The position numbers were made by a program, and so were the translations under genes. From a virus (Duplodnaviria; Caudoviricetes): a DNA stretch of 57,156 bases. How positions within the stretch are numbered: the first letter of the stretch is position 1; each line of letters opens with the position of its first letter. Of the stretch, positions 33,020-42,220 are shown in pieces. The notes below the pieces were generated by a model. The model saw nothing but the letters and a program-made list of their open reading frames with translations, did not search any database and was not told the DNA's origin. The stretch covers positions 1 through 57,156 of the IMG/VR virus record IMGVR_UViG_3300033067_000970. The stretch is one strand, 5' to 3'.

Positions 33020-33838
33020 ATGTGGCTGCAACAAAAACTTCGCAGGGATCGGTTCAAGGCGCCGGGATTGCCACGCCTAGGGAAAGACGTCCCGCGCGGG
33101 TTGATGTTGTGTTTGCCTTTTGTCGACCCCGCCTACTACGGCATTGGTCCGCGCATGGCGCCGCTGAAACCCGCTTGGATTGGTTCAAGCGTAACGATGT
33201 CCAACACTTACGGGGGAAGCGGCGCCAACGTCAACGGATTGGGAACTGGCTATGCAATCACTTGGCAGACGTTTCAAGTCAATAATCCGTTTTCCATTGA
33301 GGCGATGTTTTGGTCCGGACCGTCTATAACGGATAGGACTATTTGTGGCTACAATCAATCTTCGGATAACTCTTCGGGCACATTCGACAAAGCGATTTAT
33401 TTCAATGCCAGCAACCAACTTGTCGGCTACGTCTATGACGGGGCGCCGCAAACTGCTGTTGACAGCACGACAACGTTCGCGACCAACACCATATACCATG
33501 CCGTTCTTACATATGACGGGACGACACTCCGCCTGTATGTGAATGGGCGGCAGACCGCCACGACGGCGGCGGCAAGCAGTTTTTCAAGCTACTCGGTCCC
33601 TCTCTACTTCGGCATAGGCGCAGGTCCGCGTCAAAAGCCGCTTGGTTACGACCTGATCGCCTCGTCTTGCACGATGTTATTGGCCAATGTCGCCAACTCT
33701 TGCTGGACGGCGGCCGAAGTTTTAGGTCGTTATCTTTCACCGTTCGGCTTTCTCGACTATCCGGATGACGATGTGTTCAGCGCGATGTTCGGTCGTGCGG
33801 CGACCGTACGGCCGAGGATGATCCGAATGAATTTTTAG
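33020..33838 (+). CDS. LamG/concanavalin-like receptor-binding protein
   Basis: FSIEAMF, YHAVLTYDGTTLRLYVNG; lower GC. Confidence 0.85.
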   Translation: MWLQQKLRRDRFKAPGLPRLGKDVPRGLMLCLPFVDPAYYGIGPRMAPLKPAWIGSSVTMSNTYGGSGANVNGLGTGYAITWQTFQVNNPFSIEAMFWSGPSITDRTICGYNQSSDNSSGTFDKAIYFNASNQLVGYVYDGAPQTAVDSTTTFATNTIYHAVLTYDGTTLRLYVNGRQTATTAAASSFSSYSVPLYFGIGAGPRQKPLGYDLIASSCTMLLANVANSCWTAAEVLGRYLSPFGFLDYPDDDVFSAMFGRAATVRPRMIRMNF

Positions 33839-33915
33839 GATTCGCCGTTGTTTATCGAGAGCGCAGCGGTGGTTGTTCACGGTGATTTCACGATGCTCTC
33901 ACACAGGAGGCTTAG

Positions 33916-34071
33916 ATGAGCGAGACGGCTGGTATTCCGGACGGGGCTGCGAACCAAGACGAGGGCAAAAGCCAGAATGACACCGGAGACCCCAACAACC
34001 CTCAGGGTGGTGGCGGATCGCAGCAGGCCGGTAATCCCGGCGGCGGCGAATCCGGCGCCGGTCGCGGCTGA
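33916..34071 (+). CDS. 51-aa Gly/Asn/Gln-rich peptide
   Basis: AGGAGG 5 nt before ATG; MSETAGIPDG...GAGRG. Confidence 0.5.
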   Translation: MSETAGIPDGAANQDEGKSQNDTGDPNNPQGGGGSQQAGNPGGGESGAGRG

Positions 34072-34090
34072 CGAGACGGGGGACGAAGTC

Positions 34091-34456
34091 ATGCGCGCCA
34101 CCGTGATGCAAGCCATCAACGGTCAGTGGGCCGTGGTGGCGATTCGTGTCTTTGTCCTCCCTCTCACCCTGCTGATGATGAGTTACATCGCGTCGGAACT
34201 CGTCTCAATGCGCGACGGTGTGCGCGACCTCCAGGCCGCGGCGCGCGAACTGCGGGCGCAGATCATGGATATCCGGCAGGACGCGAACGCGGCCATGAAG
34301 GACGCCGAGCAGTTCCGGCGAGCCTCCCTGGTCGCCGATGCCGAGACCAAGACCAAACTGCAATCGTTCGAGACGGCGCTCAAGGCGTTGCAGGACCAGG
34401 TAGCCGCGATCTGGCGCAAGTCCGAACTGGAAAGGAACGCGAGGGCGCCGACATGA
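34091..34456 (+). CDS. Membrane-anchored coiled-coil protein (lysis region)
   Basis: One TM helix then coiled coil; start 34091 or 33977. Confidence 0.65.
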   Translation: MRATVMQAINGQWAVVAIRVFVLPLTLLMMSYIASELVSMRDGVRDLQAAARELRAQIMDIRQDANAAMKDAEQFRRASLVADAETKTKLQSFETALKALQDQVAAIWRKSELERNARAPT

Positions 34457-34953
34457 TAATCTACGCCATCGCCGCCGTCATCGGCGCCTTGACCAACCGC
34501 CTTCGCGGCGGGTGGCTGTCCGTCCCGAATGGACGTGTGATTTGGGGCGCGACCTGCGCCCTCGTGGCGCTCAAGATCGGCGGTCCGTCGATCCTCGTCG
34601 GCATCGGGGCGACCCTAGGGTGCATGATGGGGCAGTACGGCGGTCTGGCGATGGGCCGGCGCGGCGCGACGCCGCGCGTGTCGCCGTGGATCACCATGAC
34701 GGCCTGGGGACTGGCGCGGGTGGCGTTGCCGGCGGTTGTCATCGCCTTTGTCGGGGGCGCCTGGTGGTGGCTCGTGCTGTCCGGCCTTCTATGCGCGCCG
34801 ATCTACCGCGCCGTGTGGTTCGTGCCCGGCCGCTGGCTGCCGCCCGGCTTCGGTCGTGGCGACGGCGCCGCGACCGGCTATGATCCGCCGGAACTCGCCG
34901 AGGCGATCCACGGCGCCGCTATGATGATGGCGCTTGTTGCGGGAGTCATGTGA
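34453..34953 (+). CDS. Multi-pass membrane protein
   Basis: ATG 34453; several hydrophobic helices. Confidence 0.75.
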   Translation: MIIYAIAAVIGALTNRLRGGWLSVPNGRVIWGATCALVALKIGGPSILVGIGATLGCMMGQYGGLAMGRRGATPRVSPWITMTAWGLARVALPAVVIAFVGGAWWWLVLSGLLCAPIYRAVWFVPGRWLPPGFGRGDGAATGYDPPELAEAIHGAAMMMALVAGVM

Positions 34954-35177
34954 TGAAGATGCTTCGGGACATCCTGACCGGCAAGGACAACGAGACGCAC
35001 GATATCGGCCGCTGGGGCTTGGCGGCGGGCATCCTGTCGCTCCTCGGGTTCACCGGCTGGGCGATCACACACGGCCAACAGTTCGACCCGACCACCTACG
35101 CGGGCGCAGTGACGATCCTGCTTGGCGGCGGGGCCGGAGCGCTCAAGTTGAAAGCCTCGACGGAACCGGGCGGTTGA
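34950..35177 (+). CDS. Holin-like small membrane protein
   Basis: Two TM helices, directly before the spanins. Confidence 0.6.
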   Translation: MMKMLRDILTGKDNETHDIGRWGLAAGILSLLGFTGWAITHGQQFDPTTYAGAVTILLGGGAGALKLKASTEPGG

Positions 35178-35602
35178 TCGGAGCGGCCTTCGCCTTCTTC
35201 AGCGGCCCGCTCGGGCGCATCGCGCTCTACGTCATCGGCGCTGTGGCCCTCGTTGGCGCCGCGGTCTTCGTCGTCAAGCAGCACGACGCGCGTGTCCTCG
35301 CCGAGCAGGCCGCCCGCGAGGCGCAGGCCGTCGCCGCGCAGCAGATCGCCGACATGCGCCGGGCCGTCGAGGCGGCCAACGCGGAGACCGTGGCCGCCAA
35401 TGAGCGAGCCGCCAAGGCCGCCACCATCAAGACGGAGATCGCCCGTGCGCCTGTCACCACGGCTTGCACGACTAGCCCTGCCCTGCGTGTGGTCCTTGAC
35501 CAGTTGCGCGCCTCCAGCGCCGGTCCTGGTGCGCCAGGAGGTCCCGGCGGTCCTGCTGGAGTGCCAGGCGCAGCCCCCGCCGCCAAGCCCGCTCCGCGAT
35601 GA
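35174..35602 (+). CDS. Inner-membrane spanin (Rz-like)
   Basis: TTG 35174; N-terminal TM helix plus Ala-rich coiled coil. Confidence 0.75.
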   Translation: MIGAAFAFFSGPLGRIALYVIGAVALVGAAVFVVKQHDARVLAEQAAREAQAVAAQQIADMRRAVEAANAETVAANERAAKAATIKTEIARAPVTTACTTSPALRVVLDQLRASSAGPGAPGGPGGPAGVPGAAPAAKPAPR

Positions 35603-35693
35603 CGCGGACCTCGCCTACTGGATCGTCGACCTCGCCAATGCCGGCGCGGACTGTCGCGCCAAGCTGGCGCGTGTGAAGGACCTGCTGAAATGA
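35445..35693 (+). CDS. Outer-membrane spanin lipoprotein (Rz1-like)
   Basis: GGAG then GTG; LTSC lipobox; Pro-rich; overlaps the i-spanin in another frame. Confidence 0.8.
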   Translation: MRLSPRLARLALPCVWSLTSCAPPAPVLVRQEVPAVLLECQAQPPPPSPLRDDADLAYWIVDLANAGADCRAKLARVKDLLK

Positions 35694-36118
35694 TGCTGAC
35701 CTTGGAACGCCAACCCTCGGCTGATGGCGCCACGATCGGAGAACTGTTCGTCGACGGCGCCCACGAGTGCTACACCTGTGAAGACGTCGTGCGTGCGCCC
35801 GGCGTCAAGGTGCCCGGCGAGACGGCGATCCCGGCTGGGAAGTATCGGGTCATCGTCAACCGGAGCGAGCGGTTCTCCCGGCTTGCGGGGAAAGACGTGT
35901 ATCTGCCGCTGTTGCTCGACGTCCCCGGCTTCGACGGCGTGCGGATGCACACCGGCAACCGCCCGGAGGACACCGATGGCTGCATTCTGGTCGGCGAGAC
36001 CAAGGGCGAGAACAGCGTTGGGCAGTCGCTGGCGGCGTTCGAGGCGCTGTTCCCCAAAATCGCCGCCGCGGTTCAGGATGGCGGGGAGTGCTGGATCGAC
36101 ATCCACGACGCGGTGTGA
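35690..36118 (+). CDS. DUF5675-family putative endolysin
   Basis: TIGEL, IPAGKY, MHTGN...DTDGCILVG. Confidence 0.8.
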   Translation: MMLTLERQPSADGATIGELFVDGAHECYTCEDVVRAPGVKVPGETAIPAGKYRVIVNRSERFSRLAGKDVYLPLLLDVPGFDGVRMHTGNRPEDTDGCILVGETKGENSVGQSLAAFEALFPKIAAAVQDGGECWIDIHDAV

Positions 36119-36188
36119 AGCCTCGGGTGGACTCGAACCACCATCTCCCGGTCCAAAGCCGGGCGTCCTGCCACTGAACGACGAGGCC
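36118..36188 (-). tRNA. tRNA-Gln(UUG), no encoded CCA
   Basis: Cloverleaf: GGCCTCG/CGAGGCT acceptor, GTTC/GGAC D stem, CCCGG-CTTTGGA-CCGGG, GGTGG-TTCGAGT-CCACC. Confidence 0.88.
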
Positions 36189-36191
36189 GCA

Positions 36192-36686
36192 TCAACGCTT
36201 CTCGGCTTGCAGCGCCAACTCGCGAAGCAGGTCGATGATGACCGCCTCCCGCTCTGGCTGCTTCGCCGCTTGCGCTCCCTTGAGCCAACGCACCAATGTT
36301 CGGCGGAGAGCGGCGTGGGGTGACGGCGTTCCAACGACCGCCACCCCTTTCGCTCCGGGATCGCGAAGTGACCCCGAAACAGAAGACGCCGATATGCAAC
36401 TGTCCGGCGCCTTTTTCACCTTGGGCGTGATACCTGCACCCTTGGCGGACGGCTCGTTCCTGGCAGTGGCCGGGCCGTCATCTGACACTGCGCCTGCGCG
36501 CAGCGCCAACACCTCCGGCCAACCGGCCGTCAGTGTCCCAGCGGCCCGCTTGGCGATGCTGCGCGGCAGACGCTCATCGTCAATGGACCAACCTTTGTGG
36601 GCGCGAACGGCGTCGACCACCGCGCCGCGCACCATGCGATATACCTTAGCCTGCGCCGGGGTGGCGCGAAAGATCAAAGTGGCCAC
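36192..36686 (-). CDS. Hypothetical protein
   Basis: GTG 36686 after GGAG, right after the primase stop. Confidence 0.6.
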   Translation of the reverse strand: MATLIFRATPAQAKVYRMVRGAVVDAVRAHKGWSIDDERLPRSIAKRAAGTLTAGWPEVLALRAGAVSDDGPATARNEPSAKGAGITPKVKKAPDSCISASSVSGSLRDPGAKGVAVVGTPSPHAALRRTLVRWLKGAQAAKQPEREAVIIDLLRELALQAEKR

Positions 36687-36687
36687 G

Positions 36688-39147
36688 TCACAACGACTCC
36701 TGCGCCCACCGGATGATCTTGTCCCAGTCCCAAGAGCCGTCCGGCAACTCGAACTCCTTCGGCTTCTTGGACCAGAATATCTCAACCGATTTGCCCAAGC
36801 GGCGGCGTCCGAGGCATGTCCACCCTTGGGAAAGCAGGTATCGCCTGATCTCCCACTTGGTCAAGACGCTCTCAGTAAGCGCCTCGATCTCGTCTCGTAG
36901 CCGCGAGAAGATGAGCAGTTCCTCCGTCACGTCCTCGCGCTGCGTCTCCTTCAAGGTCGCCTCGATGTCGCTGTCCTCGGCCGAGCGCGACATGGCGATC
37001 ATGTAGTCCCGCGCCTTCGTGAGCGGCGCGCGGCCGACAGGATCGAACTCGGGGTGCAACGGCATCTCGATCAGCCAGCGGCGCAGGGCGCCAGGCGACT
37101 CGTCGAGCGCCTTGAACAAGTCGACGAAGTAGCTGGGGCGCTTGCGGAGGTGCGACCGCACGTCCTCGGCGGTCTGGAAATCGGAGCGCAGGACGAAGTA
37201 GCGCCGGTCGTTGTTGTTGATCGGCAGCGCGTCGACGAAGTTGGTCAGCAGGACATAGGACTGCGTGTTCGGCACCTGGTAGTGCCCCTCGTATTTCACC
37301 CGCATGGCGATCACCGAGTTGGTGATGAGGGGCTTGATCGTGTTCATCACGTCATGGCGGTTGTTGCCATGCAGCTTCACTTCCTCGACCACGGCCAACT
37401 GCGAGCCCGACGCCCAGTCGTTGAACCCGCTTTCGAGCGTCTTGCCGTCGATCGTCTTCACGTTGTCCGACCCGAGCACCGCCCCCATGAGCGGTGTGAT
37501 GAAGGACTTGCCGTCGCCCTCGACGCCTTGCAACATGACCGCCCAATTGATGCGCCTGCCGCCTCGGGCGATGTGGCCGAGGAAGGAGAGCAACAGGTCG
37601 CGTTCTCGCGCGTCGGGGATCAGGTTGGCGAAATGGGCGTGAACGCGGCCGATGTTGATCTCGTCCATCTTCGTCAGGTCGCGCGGGACGGCGGGCACGA
37701 GATTGCGGCGGTAGGAGTTGACCACGGGGCGCCCCTGAAAGTGGAAGAAATCATCCTCGCCGGGCATGTAGACGAGGTGGTCGGCGGTGGGGATGTGCAT
37801 GGCGTTCAGGACGAACGTCGATGCGGGCGTGTCCGGCATCGTCTTTCCCGCGGCGCGCTGCGCCTCGGTAATCATCCGCCGGTTGAACTGCGAGTCGAAC
37901 CCCACCCTGGTCGACGACGAGCCTGACGGGACGTGGTAGAACTTGTCGCTCATCGTGAGGTAAGCCCACCCCTTCGCCCAGTTGGGGTCGTCGATGTCAC
38001 GGATGGCCAGCGGCATGATGGCCCTGGCGCGCGACTCGGAGAGCGGCGAGCCCTCGACGCGCCTCCAAGCGTTGCGGAATGCGCCGATGAGACGGTCGCG
38101 ATCAACCTGCCCGAGCGGCCCGATATCCATCGCCTTCTCGGCGGCGGCCTTCAAGTCTTCAACCGTCTGCGCCTTGGTGAACAGGCTGCGGGTATCGTTG
38201 ACGTTCTGGCGCGTGTCATCGTCAAGGATGGAGCGGCCCATCTTGATGATGTAGCGGGCCGTGACGACGCGGCGCGTCCCCTGCGACTCCTTGAACGACT
38301 TCCACTTCGCGTTGAGGACGTCTTCGGCATACTTGTCCGACTTGGCTGACCAGTCGTGCCATATGTCGAGCCCGTCGTCGCCGAACTGGTGTTGGAGCGC
38401 CATGCCGACGTGGAGCCAGACGTCGTAGTCGTCGGACGAGATGCTGTCGAGATAGCGCACGATCGTGTCTTTGTCGACGTCGACCGGGTCCTGCGCGAAG
38501 GCCAGGGCGTCGTCAGGAGACGCGGGGAGGACGGTGTGCGACTGCGCCCGCGTGTGGGCGACCTGGAGGGCCGGGCGCGTCCAACCCCTCTCCTGGGCAA
38601 ACTGGTCGAAAGCAGCGAGGACTTCTGCGCCGAGTTCGGCGGTCAGGATCGGCAGTTTCGACCGCAGCGTGTTCAGCGGCGTGTCGGCCGACCAGCGATA
38701 GGGCTTCCTTGTGTCCGGATGGACGGCCCACGCCACGAACTGCTGGCCTTCTCCGAGAATTTCGACCTTGTGGCGCGTCCCCTCGTGGTCGAGCCATGTG
38801 CTCTGCATCTTGCGGAAGGGCTCGTCCGTCCGATAGACGAGCAGCCGCTTGGGCGCCAAGCCGACGCGGACAGGCGCCAAGCCTAGCCGCTCGTGGCACC
38901 ACACTTCCAGATCGTCTGCCATCTCCTTGTCGGTGACGTCGATGTCGATCGCCGGAGTCGCGGCGGTGCGGATGCCAACGCCGTCATGCGCTCTCCCATT
39001 GGCGAGCCAGGCGTCGAGGTTTTTCTGTGACGACGGGACTTTCTGCCACCCGTCCATGCCGGGGTGCTTGAGGCCGGGCTTGATGGGGACGATCTCATAG
39101 CCCGCTTCGAGCAGGCGACGCCCGTGGAGCGCGAGGTAGTCCCTCAT
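36688..39147 (-). CDS. Primase-polymerase / PriCT-2 / SF3-like helicase fusion
   Basis: IVPI...AIDIDV prim-pol; YDVWLHVGMAL..WS..S.KY PriCT-2; GVEGDGKS P-loop. Confidence 0.9.
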   Translation of the reverse strand: MRDYLALHGRRLLEAGYEIVPIKPGLKHPGMDGWQKVPSSQKNLDAWLANGRAHDGVGIRTAATPAIDIDVTDKEMADDLEVWCHERLGLAPVRVGLAPKRLLVYRTDEPFRKMQSTWLDHEGTRHKVEILGEGQQFVAWAVHPDTRKPYRWSADTPLNTLRSKLPILTAELGAEVLAAFDQFAQERGWTRPALQVAHTRAQSHTVLPASPDDALAFAQDPVDVDKDTIVRYLDSISSDDYDVWLHVGMALQHQFGDDGLDIWHDWSAKSDKYAEDVLNAKWKSFKESQGTRRVVTARYIIKMGRSILDDDTRQNVNDTRSLFTKAQTVEDLKAAAEKAMDIGPLGQVDRDRLIGAFRNAWRRVEGSPLSESRARAIMPLAIRDIDDPNWAKGWAYLTMSDKFYHVPSGSSSTRVGFDSQFNRRMITEAQRAAGKTMPDTPASTFVLNAMHIPTADHLVYMPGEDDFFHFQGRPVVNSYRRNLVPAVPRDLTKMDEINIGRVHAHFANLIPDARERDLLLSFLGHIARGGRRINWAVMLQGVEGDGKSFITPLMGAVLGSDNVKTIDGKTLESGFNDWASGSQLAVVEEVKLHGNNRHDVMNTIKPLITNSVIAMRVKYEGHYQVPNTQSYVLLTNFVDALPINNNDRRYFVLRSDFQTAEDVRSHLRKRPSYFVDLFKALDESPGALRRWLIEMPLHPEFDPVGRAPLTKARDYMIAMSRSAEDSDIEATLKETQREDVTEELLIFSRLRDEIEALTESVLTKWEIRRYLLSQGWTCLGRRRLGKSVEIFWSKKPKEFELPDGSWDWDKIIRWAQESL

Positions 39148-40061
39148 ATGCCGCACCCCAAATCATCGCAAGGAAGATCGGGTTCGTTGGTCGGAGCGGG
39201 TCGTTCGGCCGCGACGTCAGCAAGTATGGCCGCATAGGCATACTTGGCGCCCTTGCGAAAAGTCTTGCCCGCCCCGTCTCCACGCGGCACCGCTTCTTGA
39301 GCGGCCCACCAATCAAGCGCGCCTGGGTGATCTTTCTCGACCTGCATAAGAGACGCGCGAGACTTCAAAAAACACCCGTCGCAGTTCCCTTCCCACGGAC
39401 CGGCAAGACGTAAATCGAAAGGCCGCGCTTTCCAAAATTGAAGCACGTCGATTTGTTCGACGCCTGCTTCAAACAGAGGGCAAATCACATCCCAACGATC
39501 TTTTTTGTTGCGCGCAGGATCGGTTGCTTTGACGACGCGGCCCGGCTCGTCCGCGCGGAGCCCGACTACGTTCGTCCACCGTTTCCAGCCGAACACGTCC
39601 ACGAGGTAGCGTTTGGCGGTTCTTATCTTGAGTTCGATCGTGCAAAACCGCGCGACCGGATTCGGAAGCGCGCTCTTGCGCGCCAACATATCCTTGAAAG
39701 GTTCGCCGTTTCGCGCGGCGCGCCTATAATCTGTCACGCGGTAGGACGGCTTGTCGTTCGCTCCCTCATACTCCAACCAGGTGATGGGGACGAGCCAGCG
39801 TTCCGATACATCGCGGACGAACTCCAGTGTGGGTTCCATCTCCTTGCCAGTGTTTTGAAACAGCACGACGACGTCGTCAGGGAGGACGCCATGATGCGAC
39901 TCCAAAATACGCCAAAGCATGTAGGCGCTGGTGCGCCCGCCTGAGAAACTAATGACCGCCGGGCCGGTGATGTGGAAAGGATCGGGGCGGTCGCGCGCCC
40001 AACCGTTCAGACCAACCGCGAGCCCGAGTTCGCGCAGCTTTTGCTCGAAATGGACAGGCAT
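39144..40061 (-). CDS. PAPS-reductase / PP-loop family enzyme (DndC-like superfamily)
   Basis: SFSGGRTS, FQNTGKE, RFCT.ELK, GLRADE, GNCDGC. Confidence 0.85.
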   Translation of the reverse strand: MPVHFEQKLRELGLAVGLNGWARDRPDPFHITGPAVISFSGGRTSAYMLWRILESHHGVLPDDVVVLFQNTGKEMEPTLEFVRDVSERWLVPITWLEYEGANDKPSYRVTDYRRAARNGEPFKDMLARKSALPNPVARFCTIELKIRTAKRYLVDVFGWKRWTNVVGLRADEPGRVVKATDPARNKKDRWDVICPLFEAGVEQIDVLQFWKARPFDLRLAGPWEGNCDGCFLKSRASLMQVEKDHPGALDWWAAQEAVPRGDGAGKTFRKGAKYAYAAILADVAAERPAPTNEPDLPCDDLGCGI

Positions 40062-40324
40062 CACTCACCCAACAGGTCTGAGGCTTTCACGGCGCCGTCC
40101 GTGGCGCTCTCGATCTTCTCCGCCAACTCGCGGGGGAGCGGCTTCTTCTTGTTGAGCCAGTTGGTCAGGCTGGACGGGTGCAGCCGGAGTCGGCGCGCCA
40201 TCGCGCTCGTCGTGCCTTGCGGCGACGCGAGCAACGCGGCGGTGCGTAGCAGATAGCGGCGGTGCTGGAACGCCTTGTCCGTATCAGGCACCTTGTCGAG
40301 CCAGGTGGGGGCGGGAACAGTCAT
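40061..40324 (-). CDS. Cro/YdaS-like HTH regulator
   Basis: MARRLRLHPSSLTNW...AEKIESATDGAVKASDL. Confidence 0.8.
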   Translation of the reverse strand: MTVPAPTWLDKVPDTDKAFQHRRYLLRTAALLASPQGTTSAMARRLRLHPSSLTNWLNKKKPLPRELAEKIESATDGAVKASDLLGE

Positions 40325-40328
40325 CGAA

Positions 40329-40412
40329 ATCCTCCGTGACCTCCCATATACCCCCTTGCGGACAGAAAATCAATCCGCTATATGGGTGACGCCAACCAAC
40401 CCCACGGAGGAT
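40329..40412. promoter_or_regulatory. Overlapping divergent promoters
   Basis: + strand TTGCGG-N17-TATATG; - strand TTGATT-N17-TATATG; both followed by CACGGAGGAT. Confidence 0.75.
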
Positions 40413-40419
40413 ATCGGAC

Positions 40420-40983
40420 ATGGCACTTGAGGACAAGATCGACGCCCTGACGGCGGCGATCAACAAGAACACCGAGATCGTGCGCGAGCACATCGCCCTG
40501 CTGAAGAATGCGCCGCTGCCTAGCGTCATGGCGCCGTCCAGCGAACTCGTCCAGACCGCGTCGGTCAACGTCGCCGTCGCCGCCGCAATCGCCCCCGATG
40601 GCAAGAAGCGCCGCGGTCGGCCGGCGAAGACGATCCAGCCCTCGGCGATCGAGCCCGAGGCCGAAGACGAGGAGCCCACCGACGCCGTCGCGTCCGAACC
40701 CGAACCCGAGCCGGAGCCCGAGCCTGAGCCTGAGCCGGAACCCGAGCCCGAGCCCGAACCCGAGCCGGAGCCTGAGCGCAAGATGGTGCCGACGTTCTCC
40801 TACGACGACCTCAAGGTCGAACTGACGATGGCGCTCAAGGTCATCGGCCGCGACAAGGTGAAGTCGATCATCTCCGACATCGGCGGCGTCGAGGCGTCGA
40901 AGGACCTTCACCCCGACGACTACGGCGACGTCGTCAAGGCGCTCCAACTCGCCGTCGAGGCGCACGACCCGGAGGAGGTGTGA
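40420..40983 (+). CDS. Replication-operon protein: N-terminal coiled coil, RRGRP motif, (EP)n linker, small helical C-terminal domain
   Basis: Strong RBS; architecture visible in the translation. Confidence 0.85.
   Translation: MALEDKIDALTAAINKNTEIVREHIALLKNAPLPSVMAPSSELVQTASVNVAVAAAIAPDGKKRRGRPAKTIQPSAIEPEAEDEEPTDAVASEPEPEPEPEPEPEPEPEPEPEPEPEPERKMVPTFSYDDLKVELTMALKVIGRDKVKSIISDIGGVEASKDLHPDDYGDVVKALQLAVEAHDPEEV
40694..40776 (+). repeat. 6-bp repeat encoding (Glu-Pro)n
   Basis: ga[ag]cc[cgt] tandem run. Confidence 0.92.
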
Positions 40984-40984
40984 C

Positions 40985-42163
40985 GTGAGCGAGCGCGCCC
41001 ACGCGGTCTTCTCGCCTTCGGCGGCGCATCGGTGGCTCCCCTGTCCGGGGAGCCTCCAGCCGAACCTACTCGCGGAGGGCGACGGCGACGGGTCGTCGCC
41101 CTACGCCGAGGAGGGCACCGCGGCGCACGCCCTGGCCGAGAAGATGCTGCGCGGCATGGACGTGGTCGGCGACCCGGTCATGCTCGACTACGTGCGTCAG
41201 TACGTCGACTGGGCGAACGAGGCGGCGGCCGACGCCGACCTGGTGCTGATCGAGGAGCGCGTGAACTTCTCGGCGTGGACGCCGCTGCCGAACCAGTTTG
41301 GCACGGCGGACCACGTCGCGATGCACTTCACGAAGATGGGCGGCGTCTGCACGATCACCGACCTCAAATACGGTATGGGCGTCCGAGTCCGCGCCCGCGA
41401 CAACCCGCAACTCATGCTCTATGCCCTCGGCGTCCTCGACGCCTACGACTTCATCGGCGACTTCAAGCGGTTCGACCTGCGTATCTGTCAGCCGCGCCTC
41501 GGCATGTTCGACACCTGGGAAGTCAGCCGGGCCGACCTGCTGGCGTTCGGCGAATACGTCAAGGAGCGGTCGGCTCTCGCGCTTGAGCCGAACGCCCCCC
41601 GCGTGGCGGGCGAGAAACAGTGCAAGTTCTGCAAGGTCAAGGCGTCCTGCCCGGCGCAGGTCGATCTGCTTCACCAGCTTGCCGAGGACACGTTCGAGGC
41701 GGTCGAGCCGACGACAGCCATCTCGGCGGCAGCGGCGGTCGATAGCCGCCCATCGCTCCCCGCCATCGCCGACATGACGGTCGCGCAGAAGGCGCGCATC
41801 CTGCCCTACCGGAAGACGGTCGAGAACTGGTTCAAGGCGATGGCCGAGGACCTGGAGCGCCGTGCCAACGACGGCGAGACGATCCCCGGCTACAAGATGG
41901 TGGCGGGGCGCTCGCGCCGCCAGTGGACCGATGAAGCGGGCTTGGCGACCACGCTCGCGACCTATAGCATCGACCCCTGGGATACGTCGCTCGTCGCGCC
42001 TTCCGAGGCCGAGCGCCGCATGATGAAGGCCGGTATGAAAAGCAAGGAGGCCAAGGCCGCGGTCGCGGCACTGACGACCAAGCCCCTCGGCAAGCCGACA
42101 CTCGTGCCTGACAGCGACGAGCGCGACGAGGACGACGCCGGGGATGTTTTCGACGCCGTGTGA
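40985..42163 (+). CDS. DUF2800 Cas4-like PD-(D/E)xK nuclease
   Basis: HAVFSPS.AHRW..CPGS, EGTAAH, FGTAD, DLKYG, CKFC...C. Confidence 0.9.
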   Translation: MSERAHAVFSPSAAHRWLPCPGSLQPNLLAEGDGDGSSPYAEEGTAAHALAEKMLRGMDVVGDPVMLDYVRQYVDWANEAAADADLVLIEERVNFSAWTPLPNQFGTADHVAMHFTKMGGVCTITDLKYGMGVRVRARDNPQLMLYALGVLDAYDFIGDFKRFDLRICQPRLGMFDTWEVSRADLLAFGEYVKERSALALEPNAPRVAGEKQCKFCKVKASCPAQVDLLHQLAEDTFEAVEPTTAISAAAAVDSRPSLPAIADMTVAQKARILPYRKTVENWFKAMAEDLERRANDGETIPGYKMVAGRSRRQWTDEAGLATTLATYSIDPWDTSLVAPSEAERRMMKAGMKSKEAKAAVAALTTKPLGKPTLVPDSDERDEDDAGDVFDAV

Positions 42164-42220
42164 CCGTCGCGGCGTCGTCGAAGACGACAGACGGTTTCAA
42201 CTGTGAAAGGTAAGACGACT

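Noticed and set aside
36118-36188. tRNA as an attP/prophage integration site
   Set aside because: No integrase found and no duplicated tRNA 3' fragment seen
40985-42163. Cas4-like gene as part of a CRISPR-Cas system
   Set aside because: No array or other cas genes; DUF2800 is a routine member of this replication module
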